Shown: piece after piece, positions 22,561 through 35,440 of the stretch
How the letters are laid out: each line of letters starts with the position of its first letter
Position numbering within the stretch: the stretch's first letter is position 1
Notes under the pieces: generated by a model
What the model saw: only the letters and a program-made list of their open reading frames with translations
Told to the model about the DNA's origin: nothing
Databases searched by the model: none
Translations under genes and position numbers: made by a program
NCBI RefSeq assembly: GCF_964194155.1
Contig: NC_135886.1
Span: 73,842,001-73,906,000, forward strand
DNA: 64,000 bases
Direction: 5' to 3'
DNA from: Cetorhinus maximus
Lineage: Eukaryota

Positions 22561-23899
22561 TAGGACCACAGTCGGACATTAAGAATTCAAATAATGGCTA
22601 CTTAGCATTCCAAAGCTACGGAAAGTGCCAATTTATTTGATATTGACTATCTTTCTATTTCTGTCTCCCTGGCCCCAAACTTTTTTTTTCTTGATCTGGC
22701 ACAGGCTGCAGTATTCTATAATCATAAACAAAAGGCAATTTTAAAGAGACAGCTTTTTCCTAAGTGTCACAGTCAACTGAAGCCTTGTTCAACTGAGTTT
22801 TCTTCAAGCACTAGATATGGGCACCCCTGGCAAGGCCAAAATTTGTCACCCATCCTCAATTTCCCTTGAACTGGATGGTTTGCTAGACCACTTAAGAGTC
22901 AACCACATTGCTGTGGGTCTGGAGTCACATGTAGGCCAGATGGGGTAAGGATGGCAGATTTCCTTCCCTAAGGGGCATTAGTGAACCAAGTGTGTTTTAC
23001 GGCAATTGATGATAGTTGTCATGGTCACCATTACTGAGACTAGTTTTCCAGATTTATTAATTGAATTTTAATTCCACCGGCTGCCCTGGTGTGATTTGAA
23101 CCTATATTCCCATAACATGAGCCTGTGGATTACTAGTTCAATGACATTACCACTACATCACCATATTTCCCCTAAAGTCCATTAAACAACATCATTCATT
23201 TGTTTTAGTGCGTTTAACGTAGAAAAACATCATCCTGTGAAGCTTTTTTTTGGGAAAGAAGGTTACCTAGTTGAAGAAGCAAAGATTAGCAGAGGTGATT
23301 GAAATTTTGGTCAGAAGTGGGTTAAGGAAGAAAAATGGAAGGGTTAGCAAGGAAATTCCAGATGGTTACACCTAGATGGTTAAAGGAAAGGATTGAAATT
23401 GGGTGGATGTATGTAGCCATTGTGATGGAGAGAATAATCAACCCCATTAAAAAAAAGTCAACTGGTTATTCATCTTAGATAAAAGCAAAATACTGCAGAT
23501 GCTGGAAATCTGAAATAACAGAAAATGCTGGTAAAACGCAGCAGGACAGCACGAGGTGACAGCGGCCTTTGTGAATGAAACAGCTTTTGTGGAATGGGGT
23601 GCTCTTTTCCCAGCATCCATAATGGGTGAGAGACTGGTCAATCCTTGATTGAATGCTTGTGCAGGTCTCCTAGGGATGGGGAAACTTCCCAACCACTATG
23701 GATACTGAGTAAACAACATCCCATTCAATGAAGATGTTTACTTCACAAAGCATGTTGCTGCCTCGACTGACTGACATGCATGAGCTTGCCATCCTCACAA
23801 GTGAAGGAAAATGCGTGTAAATAGTAAGTCCTCTCCTGTCCCAGGGCTGTGTCCATACATTAAGTTGCTGCTGGCAGCTCCTTTCCCTGCAGCATCTGC

Positions 23900-24975
23900 C
23901 GCATAATAGGCTTGTCAGCAAAGTTGAAGCCCATACAATGAAAGGGTCAGTGGCAGCATAAATACAAAGTTGGCTGTTTAACGGGAAACAAGAGTGTAGT
24001 GGTGAATGGTTCTTTGGACTGTTGGGAAAAAATATAGTAGGTTTCCCCAGAGTTCAGTATTTGGACCACTGCTTTTCTTGATCTATATTAATAACTTAGA
24101 CTTGGACCTGCAGGGCGAACGTCAAAATGTACAGATGACACAAAATTTAGAAGTATTGTGAACTGTGGGAGGATAGTGATAGACTTCAAGAGGCCATAGA
24201 CAGGCTAATGGAATGAGTGGAATCATGGTAGGTAAAAATTTGATGCAGGCAAGTGTGAAGTGATACGTTTTGGCAGGAAGAACAAAGAGAGACAGTATAA
24301 AATATAGGGTACAATTCTAAAGGGGATACTGGATCATAGTGATTATGGGTTATATGTGCACAAATTGCTGAAAGTGGCAGGGCAGGTTGAAAAGGTGGTT
24401 AAAGAGGCATACAGGATCCTGGGCTTTATAAATAGAAGTATAGAGTACAAAATCAAGGAGGTTATGATGACCCTTTATAACATACAGACTCAGCCTGGAG
24501 TATTGTGTCCAATTCCAGGCTCTATAAATTAGGAAGGATGTGAATGTTTTAGAGAGGGTGCAGAAACGATTTACGAAAATGGTTGCAGCAGGGGTGAGCA
24601 ATTTTAGTTACGTGGAAGATTGAAGTTGTTTGCCTTAAAGGTTGAAAGGGGATTTGATGGAGGTATACAAAATCATGTGGGTATGGATAGAGTAGACAAG
24701 AAGAAACTTTTCCCATAGGCCCAAGAATCAAGAACCAGAGATTACAAATTTAAAGTGACTGGCAAAAGAACCAAAGACGACATGAAAAGATTATTTCATC
24801 CAGCGAGTGATTAGGGTCTGGAATGTACTGCCTCTGTGGCATAGGCAGATTCAACTGAGGCTTTCAAACGGGAACTGGATACGTATCGTGGGGTGGGGGG
24901 GGGGGAGGTGGAATACGCAGGGCTATAGGGGAAAGGCTTTCCAGTGGGACTGGCTGGGCTCTTCCTGTGCTGGAA
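23900..24975 (+). mobile_element. CR1 LINE 3' fragment
   Basis: Decayed RT C-terminal sequence (ggagtattgtgtccaattc, gagagggtgcagaaacgatttac) homologous to 41858-42597. Confidence 0.8.
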
Positions 24976-25044
24976 TCATTCTTGATGCAGAAAGATGTCC
25001 TTCAGTTCCAGGAACATCCCCGGTGGGTGAATGAAATTCGAGTT

Positions 25045-25193
25045 CTGATTGGCTGCTGATGAACATGAACATGCGCAACCGAGGGCCAAATGCTGATTGG
25101 GCATTTATAAGCATGCGCAAATGGAATTAACACGCTGATTGGCTTTTGGTGGGCGTGCCTTTCACGGAGTGGGTTGGTCAAAGCACATGCGCA
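25045..25193 (+). promoter_or_regulatory. MARS2 promoter: three CCAAT/NRF1 modules at the edge of a CpG island
   Basis: CTGATTGG at 25045, 25093, 25135; CATGCGCA at 25070, 25112, 25186; CpG-rich 25140-25640. Confidence 0.7.
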
Positions 25194-25243
25194 GAGGCTC
25201 GGGGCTCGGGCCGGTGACGGTTGCTCGGCCCCGGTTTCACGGT

Positions 25244-25568
25244 ATGAGAGGCTCTGTGTGCGGGCGGGCTTTCCGCCTGTTCCGTCAGCTTCCGCCTCTT
25301 GGCGCTCGGTGCCTCTGCTCGTCCCTTGGCAGTGAGCAGGCACTCGGCCGCCGCCGCCTGTCTCCGGGCCGCGCTGCCCCTCGCACGGTCCATGCTCCCT
25401 CCTGCCGCTCCTCGGGCTCTGCGGCCGGCCCCGGCCCCTTCCTCATCACCACCCCCATCTTCTACGTGAACGCGACGCCTCATATCGGCCACCTGTACTC
25501 AGCGGTCCTGGCGGACGCCCTGTACCGCTCCAAGATTTTGCTGGGATATGAAGCCAAGTTTGCAACAG
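25244..25568 (+). CDS. MARS2: MARS2 exon 1 (targeting peptide and HIGH motif)
   Basis: ggtATG at 25244 (another in-frame ATG at 25187); ACAG|gtacgg. Confidence 0.88.
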
Positions 25569-28500
25569 GTACGGGAGAGCAGCAACAGCCAGTTATCCAG
25601 TCAAGAGAGAGCCGGGAGGCTCCTCCTGGTGCGCCTCATATCTCCAGACTATTCAACAGTGGAGTTGGCAGAATTCATTTGGGAGAAGCTGCGCACATGT
25701 TGTGTTCAGTGTTTGCATTGAAAAAAATTCCACATTTTAATTAATGTTCCTGCATAATTTATCGTGTGAAACAGTTTTCCACAAGATTTAGCAATTTAGT
25801 TTGTGTATCAGTAAAAATTCACGGAACACTGAATTGCAGCATGGTCGCCAAATCATACTTTTGTTGTTACTCAATTTAAACAAAATAGAAGGGTACCTTT
25901 TCAACACTGGAAAATTTCATGGCAGTATGTTCCAGCATCACTTCTTTCAAAGATTCCCCCCTTTATTAATTACAGAGATAAGGTTATTTAGCAGCAGATA
26001 GCATATGCTATAGAAGGGACTTTAGAATTTTTTTTAATGGTTGATAATTCATGTAGACCTGGTTGATGTACATCATAATTTTCCAATGTGTTTTTTTGTG
26101 GAGAGAGAAACCAAGTTAACATTTCAGATCAAGAACAGATGGAGAATGAGAGGGCACAGAGTTAATGTAGTTAGTAAAATAAGCAGAACTAATATGAGGA
26201 GAAACTTTTTATGCAGTGAGTAATTAGGGTTTGGAATGCACTGCCTGAGTGCGGTGGAGGCAGGTTCAATCGAAGCATTCAAAAGAGAATTAGACTTATC
26301 TGAGAAGAAAGAACGTGCAGGGTAATGGGGAGAAGGTGGGAGAATGTTACTACGTGAGTTGCTCGTTTGGAGAGCCACTGCAGACACGATGGGCCAAATG
26401 GCCTGTGATGTAACAATTCTGTGAATTCTTGCGACTGTAAAGATTCAAGGCTTGAAGTATTTTAAAGCAGATCGTTGTATATCTGATCATTCCACAAGAT
26501 GGCACTATATGTATTGAGCTCTCTTCCTGATTGAGCATGCCTAGAAACTGCACTAACCTATCACAGTGACTTTGGGCCCTTAAACTTTAATTGTGCAGTT
26601 AAAATGAGGAAATCCAGGAGTCCCTATCAGCAATACCCCACTCCTCCCCAGGCTGTGCTGTTGCAGTCCTTGTCAATTGACGGCACGCTGAAATCACTGC
26701 AATGACATGAACTTGGGGTACTTACCAACTGGTTCTGCACTAAAGACAGCTGAAAGTTAGGACTGATGGTTAGGGCTGATAAGTGAATTTTCAAAATGCA
26801 ATAAATGAAAATCACCAATGAACAATCCATCTGGCCCTGAAAATTAATTTTACCAGCGTGAAGTCTCATTTTACATGTGATTACGTAGGATAGTGCAGAA
26901 ACAGGCCATTTGGCCCAACCAGTCCATGTTGACGTTTATGTTGCACTCAAACCTCCCCCCAATCTTTTGCCACCTAAATCTACCACAGTAACATCCATTC
27001 CCTTCTCCCTCATATGCTTGTCTAGTTTTCTCATAAATTCATCTATACTTTTTGCTTCAACCACTCCCTTTGGTAGCAATTTCCACATGTTTACCACTCT
27101 GCGTGAAGTAGTTTCTTCTGAATTCCCTATTGGATTTCTTGGTGACTATCTTATTTTGATGCTTTCTAGTTACTCTTCCCCACAAGAGGAAACATCCTCT
27201 CTGTATCCACTCTATCAACCTTTCATAATCTTAACCTTTGTTAGTCTAGACCACCCCACAGCCTTTTTTTCCAAGAGTGAAGAATCCCAGCCTCTCAATC
27301 ATTACCTGATGTATATAACTACGCATTTCTGGTGGTAACCTTGTAACCCTCCTGCACCCTCTCTAGTGCCTCTATATCCTTTTTATAATATGGTGACCAG
27401 AACTGCATGCAGTACTCTTCAAGTGTGGTCTAACCAAGGTTCGGTACAGGTTTAGTATAATTTCCCCACTTTTCAATTCTATCCCTCTAGATATAAAATC
27501 TAGTACTCATTTGCTTTTCTTGCAGCCTTGCTAACCTGGAGTGCAACATTTAGTGATTTTATTTGTACTCCGAGATCCCACCGTTCCTCTATCCCACAGA
27601 TTTTTTCGGTTTGCTCTTATCTCTCCCTGTAATTCCATCTGTATTTCTGAATCATTGGGCCAGAACTTATATGGAATGGCAATCACATTTGGGGGGGTGG
27701 TGGGGAGTAGTCTGAGGAGGGTGGGGGTGGAGGGGTTCCTGTGGGGAAGTCAGGAGGGTAGTTGTGAGGTGCCATTGGAGAGTGGGTCAGGAAGGTGGTC
27801 TGGGGAGGAATCAGGGGTGTGCGGGAGTAGTCAGTGGTCCTTGGGTCAGGAGGGTAGTTGAGGGGTGTATGGTGGGACTCCAGTGGGGGTGTAGTCGTGG
27901 GATCCCATGGAGGAGGGAGGGTTTTGGTGGGGGGTGTTGGGGGGGGTCAGGTGGTTGTACTATAGTTTCCAGGAGTTAGAAGTGGTTTTAATTCTTCTAA
28001 CTTTTCCTGGGTAACAATTCCTGTAAGATATTTGGAACCACTCGAAGACTGTGATTTAAATTCGAGTATTGGATGGTTCCCAGTGCAGTGTAATTTCCCA
28101 TCAGATGTTTGAACTTCCCAGGCAATTGACGTGCAATCCTTACATGGGGACTTCTGGGGGGTCTCCCAGTGCATCTTTGGGGTATTTCCCAGGCATGATG
28201 GCCCAGAGAACAGAAGTTATGGGCCATTATTTTGCTTCCCATACATGATTTAAATGTAATTTATGTTTTCTGTTCTGTTGACTTGGACTCTGTAGAGGGC
28301 ACTGTACTGAAACAGAGTCTGGGTTAGCGGAGATTCTGATGACAAGCCTGCAGAAAATCTGTGGGAAATTGTACAGTTGATGACCAGCAAAAGCAATTCC
28401 ATTATCACTGAGGGCTAACTCTGGGCCGCTCTGTGGCCTGATGTTGATAGCTACAGTGTGCACAGTAAATTAAAAAATAGGGCATACCCACCATATATAT

Positions 28501-31034
28501 TTGTCCAACATGTGAATTTGAATATGAGCTACGTGATGAGACTCTTAAATATATTGTCCTGTGGGAGCAATTTACCATTACTATGACAATACAATGTGAA
28601 TATCAGAAAAATGGGAAATATGAAAATATATATATCTTGTTTCCAGTTTTCCAACATCTGCAGTATTTTGCTTTTTGTTTACATGAGAAAGGGTTTGGCC
28701 CATTAAATATTTAAACAGTGCACTATAAAAAGCTGGAAATATTTGTAATGACTGTTGCTGCTGATGTTTTGTGGTAAAGAAATGTGCTTTGCTCTGATGG
28801 AAGGTCCCGACCTGAAACATTAGCTCTGTTTCGCTTTCGACAGATGCTGCCAGGCCTGCTGAGTATTTCCTGCATTTTCTCTTTTTATGTATTAGATGTT
28901 AGGTATTGTTGTATAACAAAGCTGTATAATTTATTTCAGGGACAGATGAGCATGGCCTGAAGATTCAACAAGCTGCTGATGCTGCAGCTGAAGAACCATT
29001 GGAATTTTGTTCTAAAGTGTCTGAGGAATTCAGGACATTATTTCAACAGTCCCTAGTTTCATACACAGATTACATTCGAACCACAGAAGAATGTCACAAA
29101 AGTGCTGTGCAACATTTTTGGTGTGTCTTGCGTGACAAGGGATACCTCTACCAAGGAGCATATGAGGGATGGTATTCCATTCCGGATGAGTCTTTCCTGT
29201 CTGATTCACAGGTTGTGGAAAGAAAGGATGCACATGGGAACATCATTAAAATATCTTTGGAGAGTGGACACAAGGTAAACCTGTGCGTGACACTCTGTAT
29301 GATAGGAACAAGATATTGGATCAGTACACGGGTAGATGTTGATAAAAAGGAGCAGTATGTTTGGCTATTAAGCATGCTGTTCTGTGCAATATCTGTTTTT
29401 TAGTCCATGGAATGTTTCAGCTGCTTTTTTTTTAGTGCCCGTTAAAGCTTGAAAGAAAATGGAACATTTCCTAAGCCTGCTGCAGAATAAACCTTTCCTC
29501 TGCACTGCCCTAACAATGTACCACAATCTGACCTTAAAAGATCACATTTTTGCATTAGTATATTTTAGTTGCCCCACTTGCAATCCTTGTGAGCTCTTCA
29601 AGTGAAAAATCTAGTTTTGTGCCATTGCTGTGTGCCTTGTGGAAGCTTGATAGCGGTTACATTGACTTTTGGGTTCTTCGGTATTTCTCACCTATGCACG
29701 TATATTCTAGACAGTTCACTGAGAGTGTTAACTCAGTGTTTAATCAAAGACATCAAAATCTATTACCTGGGGAAAACTCAGGCAGTATTTGTATTTTGAA
29801 ATGTATGTATTCTAAAATTTATTTCTAATCACAGGTAGAATGGACTAAAGAAGAAAATTACATGTTCAGGCTGTCTGAGTTTAGACCAATGTTGTTAGAA
29901 TGGTTGAAGAAAAATCCACATGCAATATACCCTGAAAAATTCCATCACCTTGTTATCCATTGGCTACAGGAAGAAATTCCAGACTTATCAGTGTCACGAC
30001 AGAGGAACCGTTTGAAGTGGGGTATCCCAGTTCCTGGAGATTCAACACAAACAATTTATGTATGGTTAGATGCCTTAGTTAATTATCTTACTGTAGCAGG
30101 TTATCCAGAGGATCATAATCATTGGTGGTCTAGAGTACTTCACATTGTTGGGAAGGATATTCTTAAGTTCCATGCTATATATTGGCCTGCTTTCCTAATG
30201 GCAGCTGGCCTGCAGTTACCAAAGCAAATCTGTGTACATTCACATTGGACAGTCAATAACCAGAAGATGTCCAAGAGCCTTGGGAATGTTATTGATCCCA
30301 TGGAACGATTTTCTGTGTACACTGCTGATGGCTTCAGATATTTTTTGCTGCGGCAAGGTGTGCCAGAAACAGACAGTGACTATTACGATGATAAAGTGCT
30401 TAAAGTTCTAAATGCAGAGCTTGCCGATGCGTTGGGAGGTCTCCTTAACCGTTGTACAGGCACACGCATGAATCCTGACCAAATCTACTCATCGTTTTCA
30501 AATCACTGTTTTCCTAAGAGGCCCTGCAGGGGCCATTCAGGCAGAGCAATGGCTGAGGATTACAAAATGATCCAATTGGTTGAGCAGCTACCTTTGGATG
30601 TTGAACACTGCTTTGAAAAGTTTCAAATTTATAAAGCTTTAGAAGCCATCAATTTTTGCATTCGGTTAACAAACGGCTTTTTCCAACGGCATGCTCCTTG
30701 GAAGCTTGACCGAAAAAATGCTGAAGATTGCTGTTGGCTGGATACTGTGCTTCATGTTACTTTGGAGTGCTTGCGGGTTTATGGGACCCTTTTGCAGCCA
30801 GTGGTGCCAACAATTGCTAACAAATTGCTTTCACGGTTGGCTGTTGGGCCACAGGAACGAGACTGGAAACATTTGAACTTCTTGGCCAAATACCATAATA
30901 GTATTTGCCTTTTTGAAGGAAGAGAGTTGGGGCCTGATACGGGACTCCTATTTAACAGATTGGAAAGGACAGATAAAACACAGCAAAGCTCAAGGCAGTT
31001 GAAGATGATGAAAATGCAACATATTCTAAAATGA
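25244..31034 (+). CDS. MARS2: Methionine--tRNA ligase, mitochondrial; join(25244-25568,28940-29274,29835-31034), 619 aa
   Basis: Arg-rich presequence, [42 protein letters not shown]; GT-AG introns in phases 1 and 0. Confidence 0.95.
26130..26430 (+). mobile_element. CR1 LINE 3' end
   Basis: ttggaatgcactgcctgagtgcggtggaggcaggttcaatc, homologous to other CR1 ends in the window. Confidence 0.7.
26890..27600 (-). mobile_element. CR1 LINE fragment
   Basis: tggtgaccagaactgcatgcagtactc...gtggtctaacc, the antisense of the CR1 RT C-terminus. Confidence 0.7.
27657..28225. mobile_element. Non-autonomous TIR element with G-rich core
   Basis: Imperfect TIRs GGGCCAGAACTT / AAGTTATGGGCC; internal G-run-rich tract 27690-27960. 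Confidence 0.45.
28940..29274 (+). CDS. MARS2: MARS2 exon 2
   Basis: ttcag|GG ACA GAT GAG CAT GGC...CAC AAG|gtaaac. Confidence 0.95.
29835..31034 (+). CDS. MARS2: MARS2 exon 3 (KMSKS and anticodon-binding domain)
   Basis: cacag|GTA GAA TGG ACT AAA GAA GAA AAT TAC ATG...TGA; covers ORF 29862-31034. Confidence 0.96.
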   Translation, partial: VEWTKEENYMFRLSEFRPMLLEWLKKNPHAIYPEKFHHLVIHWLQEEIPDLSVSRQRNRLKWGIPVPGDSTQTIYVWLDALVNYLTVAGYPEDHNHWWSRVLHIVGKDILKFHAIYWPAFLMAAGLQLPKQICVHSHWTVNNQKMSKSLGNVIDPMERFSVYTADGFRYFLLRQGVPETDSDYYDDKVLKVLNAELADALGGLLNRCTGTRMNPDQIYSSFSNHCFPKRPCRGHSGRAMAEDYKMIQLVEQLPLDVEHCFEKFQIYKALEAINFCIRLTNGFFQRHAPWKLDRKNAEDCCWLDTVLHVTLECLRVYGTLLQPVVPTIANKLLSRLAVGPQERDWKHLNFLAKYHNSICLFEGRELGPDTGLLFNRLERTDKTQQSSRQLKMMKMQHILK

Positions 31035-31161
31035 ATTTGAGTTATTTAAGCTCAGCCACATGCAAATAGTGTCCTGAATATATTGCAGACATATTGAGGG
31101 TGGAAGTGACTTTAAGTATTTGTAATGCAAAAATGTTAATATAAGTACTTTGATACCCAAT

Positions 31162-31167
31162 AATAAA
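31162..31167 (+). terminator. MARS2 polyadenylation signal
   Basis: AATAAA about 130 nt after the stop, followed by a GT/T-rich tract. Confidence 0.6.
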
Positions 31168-31207
31168 TGTGTTTTTTCTCCTTTAAACTTATTACACTCT
31201 CAATTTT

Positions 31208-33115
31208 CATAGAATCATAGAATAGAATTTTACTAGCCCAGAAGAAGGTCATTCGGTCTATTGTGTCCATGCTAGCTCTCCGCAATAGCAACTTAGCTCG
31301 TCCCATAGGCCTGCAAATTTTTACCCTTCAGATAATTATCTAATACCCTTTTGAAAGCCATGATGGAATCTGCCTCCACTACATTTTCAGGCAATGCATT
31401 CCAGATTGTAATTACTCCCTGCGTAAAAGGTTTTTCCTAATGTTGCCTTTGGTACTTTTGCCATTCGTTTTAAATTAGTGTCCTCTAGTTTCTGAAGCTT
31501 TGGCGATGAGGACAGTTTTTCTCTATCTACTCTGACCAGACTCCTCATGATTTTGAACACGTCTATCAAATCTCCTCTCAACTTTCTCTAAAGAGAACAA
31601 ACCTAGCTTCTCTGTTCTATCCACATTACTGAAATTCCTCATCGCTGGAATCTATCTCTGTGTGATGCCCAGAATTGGACATAGTACTCTAGTTGAGGTC
31701 AAACCATTGTTTTATAAAGTTCACCATAACCTCCTTGCTTTTGTACTCTATGCCTCTATTCAGAAAGCCCAAGGTCCCATATGACTTATTAATCACTTTC
31801 TCAACCTGACCTGCCACCTTTAATGATTTGTGCACATAAACGCCCAGGTTCCTCTACTGCTGTAGCCATTTTAGAATTATATTATTTAAAATTGCCGCCT
31901 TGTTCTTGCTCCCAAAATCTATCACTTCATAACTTCTCTGCTATGTCTGCCCATTTTACCAGGTTTTATGTCCTGTTAAAGTTTACTTCTGTCGTTTTCA
32001 GTGTTTACAATACTGCCGAGTTTTGTCATCTACAAATTTTCAAATTGTACTCGGCATGCCCAAGTCTAGGTCATTAATTTCATTAAGAAAAGCATTGATC
32101 CTAGTACCCACCCCTGGGGTGCTCTATACTTTCCACCCATCCAAAATGCAGCTATTCCCACTATTTTCTATTTTCTTCCATGAAGCCAATGTCGTATCCG
32201 TGGTGCAACTTTCCCTTTTATTCCATGGGCTTCAACTTTGCTGACCAACCTATTACATAGCACTTTATTAAACATCTTTTGGAAGTCCGTACACACCACA
32301 TCAACTGCATTAACCTGAGCAACCCTCTTTGTTACCTCAAAACTCAAATCAAGTTAGTTGAACATAATTTGCCTTTAACAAATTACTGTTGACTTTCTTT
32401 AATTAATCCCAGTTTGTCCGAGCGGCTATGAATTTTGTCCTGTGAAAGTTTCTAAAAGCTTTCCCACTGGTGAGATTAAACTGACTGGCCTAAAGCTGCC
32501 ATGCTTATCTTTATAACCATTGTTGTACAAGAGTGAAATATTTGCAATTCTCCCATTCTCTGGTGCCACCCCTGCATCTAAGGAGGATTAGAAGATTACG
32601 GCCAGTGCCTCTTCAATTCCCACCCTGAATTCAGTATCCTTAGATATATCTAATCTGCTCCTGGTGGCTTATCAACTTTTTAGCCTTTTTTTTATTCATT
32701 TACAGGATGTGGGCTTCGCTGGCTGGGCCAGCATTTATTGCCCATTCCTAGTTGTCCTTGAGAAGGTGGTGGTGAGCTGCCTTCTTGAACCGCTGCAGTC
32801 CATGTGGTGTAGGTGCACCCACAGTGCTGTTAGGAAGGGAGTTCCAGGATTTGTAATACTATTAATTTTTAGCCCATCCAGTATCTTAACTACCTCCTCT
32901 TTCACTTTTACTTTGGCAGCAATATCTTCCTTGTAAAGACAGGTGCAAAGTATTCATTTAGAATTTCAGCATGCCCTCTGCCTCATGCATACGTCTCCTT
33001 TTTTGGTGCTCCACTCCTCTTACCACCCTTTTACTATCTATATGACTGTAAAAGACTTGAATTCCTTTTTATGTTGTAGCCTCATGCTTCTGCTTGTGTT
33101 CAGTTTCTGTAACTT
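31208..33115 (-). mobile_element. CR1 LINE fragment with a nested LINE tail (32686-32851)
   Basis: Begins with catagaatcatagaa; minus ORF MRGDLIDVFKIMRSLVRVDREKL. Confidence 0.8.
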
Positions 33116-33189
33116 CATCCACAGGCTTGACTGAGCACATAGCATACAGTGAGCAATCGATAAACACACACAGTTGAACACAGCATCAA

Positions 33190-33310
33190 CTGCTGCACAA
33201 CCCCTTGGAGCTTGATCTGCTTAAGCTGACAACATTTCCTGCACAAGTAAATGCCCAGGTCAAGAGAAGCTTCTGGGAGTTGCCACATGGAACAGGATAT
33301 ACACCCATGG
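33190..33310 (-). mobile_element. CR1 ORF1-like zinc-finger fragment
   Basis: Minus-strand peptide CISCSMWQL...YLCRKCCQLKQI. Confidence 0.5.
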
Positions 33311-33498
33311 GACTTCACTGTCGCTGGGTCAAAATCCTGGAACTCTCTCCCTAACAGCACTGTGGGTGTACCTACACCACGGAGACTGCAGCGGTTCTAG
33401 AAGACAGCTCACCACCACCTTCTCGAGGGCAACTAGGGATGTGCAATAAATGCTGTCCTAGCCAGCGACGCCCACATTCCCTGAATGAATTTTAAAAA
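33311..33498 (+). mobile_element. LINE 3' tail copy
   Basis: cttcactgtcgctgggtcaaaatcctggaac...gccagcgacgcccacatt; retains CpGs. Confidence 0.75.
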
Positions 33499-35199
33499 GA
33501 TGTCTTGCCATGCCTCTACTTGTTAAGACTAACAGAAATAAACTTAAGATTTTAATAAATAAAGACTAACTCTCCAATCAGCTGCTTTCCTTGTACTGTC
33601 ATCACTTTCTTCGAGGGAGTTAATAGATTCTAAACCTTTGCCAACATGGCTTTGTGAGGCATATGAAATTGACCTGCATTGACTCATCTTTACAATTTTA
33701 GGAGCTGTATCAATGTCAGTATGGTACAATCCTTTTTATACTGTTTGTGAGACCCTACATTACTTCTACCGAGGTCCTCATAAGTTAATATATAAAGTCA
33801 ATTTTATTTCATTATCCTGGCTTTTAATTTTAAGATAGTTCTTAAATTTGTCTGGGTAAGTTACTGTATTCATTGTTATGGTACATGGACTTGGGTCAGC
33901 CCACCTCTTTTCTACAGAAAAGGACTCATTTTTATTTTTTCGTATCTCTTCAGGCAATACCTAGGGGTTGCAATTCAGACTGAGCCGTTTGATCCTCTTT
34001 ACCTGCTCAAATTGGAAACCGAGGGGATGGTGGGATCAAAGCTGCATTCTCCCTTCCCCTTACTGTGAACATTTGGCCATGGTACTCCCCTAATGTGGTC
34101 TGTATTATCAGAAACTTGCCTTGTCACACTAAATCAGGCGAATCAAAATAAAAATCAAGCAATCATTGTTTACACTGAACCAAATTTTTAATGTACAAGC
34201 TACACTTCAGCACCCTTGAGCAATCCATATAACATGGCAGGTGGTGGAAAATCCACTCTTAGAACTAGAGCTGGTGAGAAATAACTGATCTTCTACCTCA
34301 ACTCCACTTTCCTGCATTGTCCCATATCCCTTAATTACCTTCATCTATTGCAGGATGCAAAACTGAAACTCGTGAACATTACTAATGCAGTTTGGCAAGA
34401 CCAAGAAAATCAGCCCTTCACACAATGGAGGCAATATACTTTCATGCCATTAAGGTGCAGGTGTTACTGTGTTGTAATCATTTGTATTTAAGCAGAAGAT
34501 TTAATCTATTCTTCAAAAAAATTGGAGGGAAAAAGCCCACCTGATCTATGCTATCATTTGAGCCCCGTTTCAGGATTCATTTAGACTGTTTATAATTTTG
34601 CATATTCCAGTCTCATATTCCTATAATTTTTGATCTTCAGGAATCGAGCCCCATTATTTTGAATGCTTTTCTTGACTTCTGCAATAGATGACAGTAGTTC
34701 ATAAATCGATGGCTGGAATTCTGAAGATGCTATTCCCTGAATGCAGAGTAAATTATGATTGTCTTTAATCTATTTTGGTTTCTCACAAATAAAATAAAGA
34801 TCAGCTGAGTATGAAAAGTCATTTTATTTGTGTCGTTTTGGAGAGATTTTTTGTGCCCATGATCAAGCTAAATGGACCAGCACAAATTGTTGTAAGATTA
34901 AAATGGCAAAAGCAAGTTTGAGATAATAAAGGAGGGCGATCATATATCCTGCAGCTTCATGTGGCTTGAATCAATACCTGGTTTAAAAACTAATTGGATT
35001 ATAAAGTGCAACAGAGGAACACATTGGCATGTGCTGCCAGTGATAGAGTATTAGAATCTAACTGCTGTTGAGTTATATGTTACCTCACCAGCCATTATTG
35101 TAATAAATGTTTGCACAGCTAAACCTTCAAAAATTACAATTTACAGGAAGTCTGGGGAAAAGATTAGACATTTTCATAGGAAAACTTTGTTCTGGGCAA

Positions 35200-35440
35200 A
35201 ACAGTTACAGTACATTGTCCTGTTACACTATCACAGACCTTTCCCTTCTCATTTATTTTCCAATCTCTTTCCCTGCCTCTACTTCCTTAAAATCTGTTAC
35301 ATTTCTAACGTTTTTTGGGCTCTGGTGAAAGGTCATTGAACTGAAATATTAACAGTTTCTCTCTGCCTGACCTGCTGAATAATTCGAGAATTTTCTGTTT
35401 TTATTTCAGATTTCCAGCATCCGCAGTATTTTGCTTTTGT
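35200..35440 (+). mobile_element. Penelope-like tail fragment
   Basis: Degenerate hammerhead (ctggtgaaaggtcattgaactgaaat) plus tail tttcagatttccagcatccgcagtattttg. Confidence 0.6.

Noticed and set aside
25002-25492. Minus-strand ORFs over MARS2 exon 1 suggesting a divergent gene
   Set aside because: Stop-poor GC-rich shadow frames; upstream sequence is CR1 and no exons were found
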